Source: an uncultured Bacteroidaceae bacterium (GTDB taxonomy: Bacteria; Bacteroidota; Bacteroidia; Bacteroidales; GCA-2748055). Taken from it: a DNA stretch of 64,000 nucleotides. The first letter of the stretch is position 1, and every line of letters begins with the position of its first letter. The notes beneath the pieces are model-generated. The model made no database searches. It worked only from the letters and a program-made list of their open reading frames with translations, and was not told the origin of the DNA. The position numbers and the translations under genes are program-made. This document shows, piece after piece, positions 10,895-17,826 of this stretch. The stretch covers positions 67 through 64,066 of the forward strand of contig CAYRTD010000003.1 in assembly GCA_964426915.1 (NCBI GenBank). Direction: 5' to 3'.

Positions 10895-11647
10895 TTAGTT
10901 AACAAAGCCCAGGATGGCTTGTTTATTTTTGAGGTCGGAAATAAAATGTGACAGGTTGGAAATAAGCTTTTTCTCATTCTCAAAACCGAACATGACTTTT
11001 ACCTGGGGTATCAGCTTTTTGACGCTTAACTTCTCTGTTGTTATTTTTTCGTAAACCCATGCATGAAATAGGGAAAGATTAAAGAAATTTACGTTTCCGG
11101 TGTTTTTTTGTCTGCTCACAAGGACAAAATAATTTCCTTCATTTTTTTCAGCATCGACAACATTCATTATGTGAACGGGATAGTTTAACTGGATCAGACG
11201 TGACTCAGGATTGGTTATAAGAATATCTTCCATGATATTGCCTGTTTCATTAAATTCCGGTGATACGATGTCAGGCATGGTATGAACTTCTATTTCGATC
11301 CATTCAAAAAGTAATAGATCGTTCAGCCATAATTTTCCGGTTTTTTTTCGGAAATCCGATTCAAGTGCGTATTCGTAAAATTCATTGGGTAGTTTCCAGA
11401 TCTGCGGGGTTTGAGCTTTATGATTGCTGAAAAAATCATGTACCAGAGCCGTGAATTTTTCTTCACCCATCACTTGTAAAGTTAAGGGATATGCCTGTTT
11501 CATGGTATTTTTAACTACATTGAATACCAACCTGCGATAATGGTGGATCCTGTTTTTATTAATTCCTGGAATTTCCCGAATCTTTCCTGTTCTGCAATAA
11601 ATTCCCAGATTGTTTTGGGCACTAGTTGTTTGTTCCTGAAGCTTCAT
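10895..11647 (-). CDS. DUF2063-family protein (MbnC/BufC-like partner of the MNIO enzyme)
   Basis: 250 aa. The N-terminal block RIHHYRRLVFNVVKNTMKQAYPLT matches the DUF2063 signature (..vYrnnv...l...fP..). It overlaps the DUF692 gene's 3' end by 26 nt, and the DUF692-DUF2063 pairing is canonical. Confidence 0.75.
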   Translation of the reverse strand: MKLQEQTTSAQNNLGIYCRTGKIREIPGINKNRIHHYRRLVFNVVKNTMKQAYPLTLQVMGEEKFTALVHDFFSNHKAQTPQIWKLPNEFYEYALESDFRKKTGKLWLNDLLLFEWIEIEVHTMPDIVSPEFNETGNIMEDILITNPESRLIQLNYPVHIMNVVDAEKNEGNYFVLVSRQKNTGNVNFFNLSLFHAWVYEKITTEKLSVKKLIPQVKVMFGFENEKKLISNLSHFISDLKNKQAILGFVN

Positions 11648-12533
11648 GATGTACCTCCCAGGTATTTTTTGTTATTTCTCTTAGTTTTGATAACTCTGCA
11701 TTTAATGCATCTAATTCATCGAAATTGTAATCTCTTTCTAAAAGTACCGGAACCGGATCCATCTTGCTTACCGTCCAGGCGAAAAGTTCATACACAGGAT
11801 CAATTATTGGCTGGCCGTGTGTATCGATAATCAGATCGGGTTCCACCTGCTCATGTCCTGCCATATGAATATAGGCCACCTTGTCAAGAGGAAGCCCGGA
11901 TATGAAATCATAAGGGTCGTACTTATGGTTAAAACTGTTAACATAGACGTTGTTTACATCCAAAAGCAACTGACAGTCTGCTTCTTTTACAATCTCATTA
12001 ATGAAGTCCAGTTCACTCATTTCAGCTGCTACCGGTGTATAATAGGAGACGATCTCTATGGCAATTTTTCTTTCCAGTATTTCCTGTGCCTGCCTTATTC
12101 TCCCTGCTACATGATAAACCGCATCTTCTTTAAAGGGAATAGGAAGAAGATCGTACATGTGAGCATTCTGACTTTTAGTATAACTTAAATGTTCGGAAAA
12201 AATCTGAACATTGTATTCATTTAGAAATTTTTTTAAATCTCTAAGGAAATTTATATCCAGTTCATCGGGACTTCCTAATGACATAGAAAGACCATGGCAG
12301 GTGGCAGGATATTTTTGTGTAGCTTCATTAAGAATTTTTTTCCAGTAACCACCGATACCCATCCAGTTTTCTGGTGCAAATTCAATAAAATCAGGATTCA
12401 GCCTGTCTGAGTTTATAAGAACATCTGCGATATCCCTTCTGAATCCTATGCCGGTACTTATATTCATAATAATTGTTTTAAAGGAATCCACGTTCGGATA
12501 ACGATCATCAAGATAACACCCATGATCACTCAA
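11622..12533 (-). CDS. DUF692/UPF0276 multinuclear non-heme iron oxidase (MNIO, MbnB/BufB-like RiPP maturase)
   Basis: Conserved DUF692 blocks are all visible: GIGFRRD, FIEFAPENWMG, CHGLSMSLGS, FSEHLSY, IAIEIVSYY, LLLDVNNVYVNSFNH, YIHMAGH, IIDTHGQPI and LLERDYNF, which carry the His/Asp/Glu metal-ligand positions of a TIM barrel. The likely true start is the ATG at 12467 (MNISTGIGFRRD), giving 281 aa. Confidence 0.88.
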   Translation of the reverse strand: MSDHGCYLDDRYPNVDSFKTIIMNISTGIGFRRDIADVLINSDRLNPDFIEFAPENWMGIGGYWKKILNEATQKYPATCHGLSMSLGSPDELDINFLRDLKKFLNEYNVQIFSEHLSYTKSQNAHMYDLLPIPFKEDAVYHVAGRIRQAQEILERKIAIEIVSYYTPVAAEMSELDFINEIVKEADCQLLLDVNNVYVNSFNHKYDPYDFISGLPLDKVAYIHMAGHEQVEPDLIIDTHGQPIIDPVYELFAWTVSKMDPVPVLLERDYNFDELDALNAELSKLREITKNTWEVHHEASGTNN

Positions 12534-12754
12534 CCTTTACTTTTTGGATCACCACCCTTACGTGAATTCCCTGTTTTGCATTTATAGTTAGAAGAAATTG
12601 TAAATTATTTGTCCTGCCTTTGTTAAAAGAGGAACTACATTTAGTGAAATTCCGCTTTCCAGGCAACATTAGTCTTGCTTCCGACCTTTTATTAAGGATC
12701 CAGTCAGGAAAAATCAGTTTTATACTGAGTGCAGACTAATTGGATAACAGATGT

Positions 12755-13207
12755 TTAACCACATTTTCCTTCACCGCATTTTGCTTCGGAAGTTTTTTCT
12801 TCGCTTGTTTTCTTTTCAGATTTCGCTTCTGTTTTTTTGGCTTTCTTTTCTTCTTTACCTTCACCACATTTACCTTCACCACATTTTCCTTCGGAAGTTT
12901 TATTCTCAGCCTTTTTGCCTTCAGCTTTTTTACTCTCTTTTTTTTTGGCTTCTTTTTCACCTTCTCCCTCGCCACATTTACCTTCACCGCATTTTAATTC
13001 ACCGAATTTGTAGGTGGCTTCACTGTTTAGAATATCTGGTGCATTGAGGTTCATGATTGCACTTCTGACTTCTGCTCCAGTTCCCATTGAAGCATAGTTT
13101 GGGAGATCTGCATTCATGTTGCCTGCAGCAAATGCTGAAATTGAAGTTGTTAATGCTGCTCCTGTTATTAATGAAGCTGATTTGAGGATCTTTTTGTCTT
13201 TTTTCAT
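12755..13207 (-). CDS. Sec-signal Cys-repeat RiPP precursor (bufferin/oxazolin-like; three KCGEGKCG doublets)
   Basis: 150 aa. Signal peptide MKKDKKILKSASLITGAALTTSISAFA|AG, followed by a roughly 45-aa region. The only six Cys (73, 78, 109, 114, 144, 149) all lie in K-C-G-E-G-K-C-G doublets separated by Lys/Glu-rich spacers, and the protein ends ..AKCGEGKCG*. It is the first gene of the MNIO operon. Confidence 0.8.
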   Translation of the reverse strand: MKKDKKILKSASLITGAALTTSISAFAAGNMNADLPNYASMGTGAEVRSAIMNLNAPDILNSEATYKFGELKCGEGKCGEGEGEKEAKKKESKKAEGKKAENKTSEGKCGEGKCGEGKEEKKAKKTEAKSEKKTSEEKTSEAKCGEGKCG

Positions 13208-13510
13208 GATTGATAAATTTATAATTATTAATGTTTCTGATTATTTAGTCGGGTCATGTTTGAATTCCTTACAGATGATACCCTGCTTTTTTCTTTTTCT
13301 TTGGGGTTTCAGTTATTAAGATGTCTAAAAAACACTGGTTATCAAGGAAGATTAGAGTAATAGTATCCGATATCAATCATTATTTCCTCAAAAATAAATC
13401 TGAATGTTTTAATAAGCATACAAATAAATCATGTGCTGGTTTTTAAATAATTGTTAAAAAACAAATAGGGCTGTTATATTGTTAATCAAGGGAATAAATT
13501 TTTAAATTCG

Positions 13511-13945
13511 ATGAAGCATATACTTATTTTTGTATTCTTTTATTTCTTTTCTCTGTCATTGTTTGGGCAAAATACTGCGGATCTTGAGGTGGTGGTTGAA
13601 GACCTAAGAAATGAGCAAGGAAAAATCGGCCTCAGTCTGTTTAACGATTCTGACGGATTTCCTGAAGATAATGACAGAGCCTTTAGATGGAAAACAGTTA
13701 ACGCAGATAATGAAAAAGTCGTTTTTTATTTCCGGGATCTTAGACCGGGAGAGTACGCTTATGCTATTCTTCATGATGAAGATGGGAACGGTGAAATGAA
13801 AAAAAGTGTTTTTGGGATTCCTAAGGAAGGTTTTGGTTTTTCCAATAATTATAAACCCAAAATTAAAAATCCTTCTTTTGAGGATGCTTCTTTTTCTTTA
13901 AAGCCAGGGATGAACAAGCATGTCGTAGAAATCATTTATTTCTGA
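13511..13945 (+). CDS. DUF2141-domain periplasmic protein
   Basis: 144 aa with a signal peptide. The pattern GKIGLSLFNDSDGFPED..YAYAILHDEDGNGEMKKSVFGIPKEGFGFSNN matches the DUF2141 signature. It is transcribed divergently from the RiPP precursor. Confidence 0.75.
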   Translation: MKHILIFVFFYFFSLSLFGQNTADLEVVVEDLRNEQGKIGLSLFNDSDGFPEDNDRAFRWKTVNADNEKVVFYFRDLRPGEYAYAILHDEDGNGEMKKSVFGIPKEGFGFSNNYKPKIKNPSFEDASFSLKPGMNKHVVEIIYF

Positions 13946-14002
13946 AAGCTCTCCACGGATGTAACTATCCGGGTTACTTACAAATTGAAAGCATCCTTCC
14001 GT

Positions 14003-14130
14003 TTGTCCGATATCGGCGTTGCTGCAACCGCGTGTCGCTGAAGCTTTCCGCGAGCGCAGAGCTTCTACGCTCGCGGAAAGCTTCAGCGACAGCGTGCGGA
14101 GGTACAAAATTTTAAATTCTCGAATCCATC
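14003..14130 (+). repeat. GC-rich intergenic repeat element, copy A (perfect 21-bp stem)
   Basis: CGCTGAAGCTTTCCGCGAGCG (14036-14056) and CGCTCGCGGAAAGCTTCAGCG (14068-14088) are exact reverse complements with an 11-nt loop. The 5' module GTCCGATATCGGCGTTGCTGCAACCGCGTGTCGCTGAAGCTTTCCGCGAGCGC and the 3' module CAAAATTTTAAATTCTCGAAT are shared with copy B at 21322-21470. Confidence 0.8.
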
Positions 14131-14278
14131 ACTAAGAATGTTTTGATTTTCAACATCTTCCCTTCTGATCAGAATCACTTTCCCCCGATTAAATCTTTAT
14201 ATTGTTCATAATAAAGAGCACATGAAATGACGGACTTAAGTTCATTTTCATTTGCAAGAAAAATAAAGTTTTGTTCCC

Positions 14279-14842
14279 TTATCCCTCCTTTGTCTGCTGA
14301 TTATAATACTGCTGGAAATCCATTTTCTCATAAATTTCATCAGCAAGAAATGTGAGAATAATACGAAGATCTTCTGCGGATTTATATCCCGGCAAAGGTT
14401 GTATCATGTTCATTTCTTCATCCAGAAATACGATACTGGGATAGGAGAGTTGATTGTTCAGAAGCGCACCCGCAAGCTCGTGGTATCCGCGGGAGCCGTT
14501 TTTTAAATATTTGAATTCCTGGGCTTTGTATGTTATTGACTCTTTCGACTCTGCATCAAATGATACAGGAATAAACCTTTCATTCAAAAGTTTTATTACT
14601 TTTTCATCTTCAAAACTTGTGCTTTCCATTTTTTTACACCAACCGCACCAGTCTGTATGAACAAATATAAAATACTTTTTGCCTGAATTCTCTATTTCAG
14701 CAGCAGCTTCAAACGATTTCCAGTTTATCTCTGAAATTTCCCCTGAACGGGAATTGTTATTCTTTACAGGTCTTTCAGTTGAAAAGGAAGCTGTCAAAAG
14801 AATCCCTATAAAAAGTATTGTGGTAATCTTTAATGTATTCAT
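14279..14842 (-). CDS. Thioredoxin-fold protein (DUF255/thioredoxin-like, secreted)
   Basis: 187 aa with a signal peptide and the CxxC motif in FVHTDWCGWCKKME. Confidence 0.8.
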   Translation of the reverse strand: MNTLKITTILFIGILLTASFSTERPVKNNNSRSGEISEINWKSFEAAAEIENSGKKYFIFVHTDWCGWCKKMESTSFEDEKVIKLLNERFIPVSFDAESKESITYKAQEFKYLKNGSRGYHELAGALLNNQLSYPSIVFLDEEMNMIQPLPGYKSAEDLRIILTFLADEIYEKMDFQQYYNQQTKEG

Positions 14843-15165
14843 GATTTATCAATTTTAATTGCTACAAATATACATAAATATACATACATATATAAACGAA
14901 TAAGTATTGGATTTCTTACATGAAACCGCAAAAATATTTGCATAGGAATTATGAAATTGGTTGAGAGGAGTGTGGAAACTTATTCCTGTAATGTTCAATC
15001 ATACCTCACTTAGCGTTTATTTGGATTACAGACCTTCAACTTAATTTCACAATGAAACTCTTGTTATTAGCTATTTTTGAGAATGCAAGGGGGGAAATAT
15101 ACCTGCCGGTTTTTTTTTGGAATGAAATTAGAACTATGATCCTTGAATCAGAAAAAAAACTAATT

Positions 15166-15936
15166 ATGAACAGATTAAAAGATAAAGTAGCAATTGTAAC
15201 CGGTGGAGCTCTGGGAATTGGAAGAGCCGCTTCCTACCAGTTAGCACGTGAAGGAGCTCATGTAGTTATTACCGACATTCTTGATGAAAAAGGGAAAAAG
15301 GTCAGGGATGAAATAATCCATGAAGGGAATAAAGCTGAGTACCTTCATCTGGATGTTTCTTCTGAAAAGAATGTTGTTGATGTTTTTTCAAAAGTTAACG
15401 GAGATCATGAGAAGATTGATATCCTTGTCAATAATGCAGGGATTTCCGGCGCAAATAAGCCGACTCATGAGCTCAGCGAAGAAGAATGGCAACAGGTATT
15501 TGATATTAATGAAAAGGGAGTTTTTCTCTGTACGAAACATGTTATACCCTATATGAAGAAACAGGGTAAGGGAAGCATTATTAATATGTCTTCTATTTAC
15601 GGGATTATTAGCGCTCCCGATATCCCCCCCTATCATGCCTCCAAGGGTGCTGTGCGAATAATGACAAAAACAGATGCTCTTCTTTATGCAAAGGATAATA
15701 TAAGGGTTAATTCTGTTCATCCGGGTTTTATATGGACGCCACTTGTCGAAAAAATGGGCGAAGAGTCTGAGGAAGGAGTTGATAAATTCAGGGAAAATCT
15801 TGATGCAATGCATCCGCTGGGCCATATAGGAGAACCCGATGATATTGCTTTTGGTATCGTATACCTGGCATCGGATGAAGCGAAATTTCTTACCGGAAGT
15901 GAACTGGTGATAGATGGTGGATTTACCTGTAAATAG
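15166..15936 (+). CDS. SDR-family NAD(P)-dependent oxidoreductase (FabG/glucose-dehydrogenase-like)
   Basis: Motifs TGGALGIGRA (Rossmann TGxxxGIG), NNAG, S..YxxxK (YHASKGAV) and PG. The track ORF starts at 15052, but MNRLKDKVAIVTGG at 15166 is the canonical SDR N-terminus. Confidence 0.9.
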   Translation: MNRLKDKVAIVTGGALGIGRAASYQLAREGAHVVITDILDEKGKKVRDEIIHEGNKAEYLHLDVSSEKNVVDVFSKVNGDHEKIDILVNNAGISGANKPTHELSEEEWQQVFDINEKGVFLCTKHVIPYMKKQGKGSIINMSSIYGIISAPDIPPYHASKGAVRIMTKTDALLYAKDNIRVNSVHPGFIWTPLVEKMGEESEEGVDKFRENLDAMHPLGHIGEPDDIAFGIVYLASDEAKFLTGSELVIDGGFTCK

Positions 15937-15960
15937 TGTCTGTCCATAATGTGTTGATGT

Positions 15961-17748
15961 TTATTTTAAAATCCCCATTTTCCTTAGTAAAAACGAAGCA
16001 TTCATGTTTTGTGCCCTGCCTCTGCGGATTTTATAATCAAACCGGAGTTCATCATTCTCTACATAACTTTCAAAGTGGTAATTTCTGATGCTTTCAGGAA
16101 AACTGTTTTCCAGCTTGCTGAGTTCAAGATCATGAGTCGCAATAAATAGCTTGCAATCGTAATCGGCTATTTGCTTCAGCAACTCTTCCGAACCTTTATG
16201 CTTATCTTTACTGTTCGTACCCTTCAGTATTTCATCCAGTAAGACAAAAAGTTTTTCTCCCCTGCGCAACCTGTCCATAATCCTTTTCATTCTTTTTAGT
16301 TCTGCAAAAAAATAGGATTCGCTTTCTGTTAATGAATCGGTTGTTCTCATGCCGGTAATGACCTGATTACCCTGAAATTTGAATTCTTCAGCGAAGACCG
16401 GAAAACCAGCTCCGGCAAGGATTAAATTTACTCCTATAGTTCTGAGAAATGTGCTTTTTCCCGCCATGTTGGCCCCTGTAATAATGATTATCTTTTCTGT
16501 TTTATCCAGTTTAAAATCGTTAAGTATGCAATTATTTTCTTTTATAAGCGGATGACCGACTTTCTTTGCAGAAAACTCCATGGAATTTAACTCTGCCTTT
16601 ACCCATGCGGGATGATTAAACAGAAAGATCCCGCCGGAGATATATGCATCGGTTTCAGCATGTATCTCAAATAATTCCAGCAATAGTGCTTTATTATTAT
16701 TTTTCCATTTTTCAAGAAGCAGGATCAAATGAAAATCTAGCAGAAATAATGTGTTTAATATTAATCCAACCAGCAAATTTAGCCGGCTGTCAAAAAGGTC
16801 CATAAGTTTTTCAAGTTGCCGGAAATGATTCAGGGATTCATCAGCTTGTTTAGAAGCTTTTGAGAGAAAAGCAGAGCTAAACTTATGCTTGCTCAGTACT
16901 TTTGATAATACATTGTATTTCTTTATGATTTCCTGTTTTCTTCCGAAATCACTATGATAGTGATTGATTTTAGAAAAAAACATACCATAAAAAAACCAAC
17001 TGACAAGTATGCTTATGATCAGGTAATTTATCGGCGTACTAAAGAATATTGCACTAATGATAAGTGTGATGTTTATTACGGAGAGAATAACTGCCAATGC
17101 ATGAACAAGGGGGCTAAATTTTGAACTCTTTTTATTTAACCAGTTTTTTATTTGATCGATTTCCCCCGGTTTTTCTTCAATGGCTTTTCCCGATGAGAGA
17201 TAGTTTTGCATAAAATCAGGGTCCCTACTTAATTCATCATGAATCTGCTGATTTGTAAGGATTTTATCTTTGTCACCCGGAGAGGCGAGGAACCTCTGTG
17301 CAAGAATTCTTTCCCCGTTAAGTGTGCAGCAACGGCATACATACTGATAAAGTGAGGAAGGCCCGAAAATATCGAGGTCATAAGTAAACTCATGATCCGG
17401 ATCGAGATAAATTGCCCCATCATTATACTCATGGTAATCGCCCTCAAGGGCTTTCAATTCCTGACGGTTCATGCGTATCAGAATCCTTTTCTTATGGCGT
17501 TTGTCACTCTTTTTTTTATGCAGACTCACAAACCCAAAAAAGGATATCAGTGAAACCAAAGAAAATATGATAAACAATATAGCCTCCTGCTTAACTCCCC
17601 TTATCAGGAAAAAAATAAACAGGATCATAGCTGTCAGCCTTAAAACAGAAATGTAATTGATCTCCTTTGTCAGATATTTATCCGCCCGGGTGAGATCATC
17701 TAGCCGGGTCCGGTAGTATTTTTCAGGATCCATGTATTTTTTGCTCAA
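15961..17748 (-). CDS. MutS-related ATPase (domain V only) with predicted transmembrane segments
   Basis: 595 aa. C-terminal MutS ATPase motifs are TGANMAGKSTFLRTIG (Walker A), LLDEILKGTN and ATHDLEL. Hydrophobic helices occur near residues 40-80 and 215-265. I see no mismatch-binding domain. Confidence 0.8.
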   Translation of the reverse strand: MSKKYMDPEKYYRTRLDDLTRADKYLTKEINYISVLRLTAMILFIFFLIRGVKQEAILFIIFSLVSLISFFGFVSLHKKKSDKRHKKRILIRMNRQELKALEGDYHEYNDGAIYLDPDHEFTYDLDIFGPSSLYQYVCRCCTLNGERILAQRFLASPGDKDKILTNQQIHDELSRDPDFMQNYLSSGKAIEEKPGEIDQIKNWLNKKSSKFSPLVHALAVILSVINITLIISAIFFSTPINYLIISILVSWFFYGMFFSKINHYHSDFGRKQEIIKKYNVLSKVLSKHKFSSAFLSKASKQADESLNHFRQLEKLMDLFDSRLNLLVGLILNTLFLLDFHLILLLEKWKNNNKALLLELFEIHAETDAYISGGIFLFNHPAWVKAELNSMEFSAKKVGHPLIKENNCILNDFKLDKTEKIIIITGANMAGKSTFLRTIGVNLILAGAGFPVFAEEFKFQGNQVITGMRTTDSLTESESYFFAELKRMKRIMDRLRRGEKLFVLLDEILKGTNSKDKHKGSEELLKQIADYDCKLFIATHDLELSKLENSFPESIRNYHFESYVENDELRFDYKIRRGRAQNMNASFLLRKMGILK

Positions 17749-17826
17749 AGATAGCTTTTCATGCTGTTGTTCCTTTGAGAATTTGTTTAAAAAATGTTTA
17801 AACAGGCATAAATCAGGGCATCGGGT

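Noticed and set aside
10867-10983. The N-terminal extension of the DoxX ORF (MRMRKSLFPTCHILF..). Similar 5' extensions occur on the ORFs at 15052, 21423 and 55278.
   Set aside because: The extensions overlap upstream genes or repeat elements and lack family-typical sequence. Internal ATGs give canonical N-termini (MSTVYQNF.., MNRLKDKVAIVTGG.., MSVFKFFIDHNSAIPKY.., MSLHKSVKR..).
12709-12728. A small hairpin (TCAGT-ATAAA-ACTGA plus a T-run on the minus strand) just after the precursor stop, considered as an attenuator setting the precursor:enzyme stoichiometry.
   Set aside because: The stem is only 5 bp and AT-rich, which is too weak to call from sequence alone. I mention it only as something to look at in Term-seq data.
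12736-13047. Three additional long ORFs over the precursor gene: 12736..12987 (-), 12740..12997 (+) and 12751..13047 (+). They translate to poly-K/R or poly-F/L low-complexity peptides.
   Set aside because: They are by-products of the purine-rich, repeat-coding sequence (GAA/AAA/GGT codons) of the 150-aa precursor. Only the 12755..13207 frame has a signal peptide, the ordered KCGEGKCG motifs and an operon position consistent with a known gene family.
13898-14107. A 69-aa ORF (-) inside GC-rich element copy A. The same applies to 21311..21505 (-) in copy B and 59911..60105 (-) in the palindrome region.
   Set aside because: They lie within inverted-repeat non-coding elements. High GC simply removes stop codons, and there is no motif or conservation signal between the copies at the protein level.
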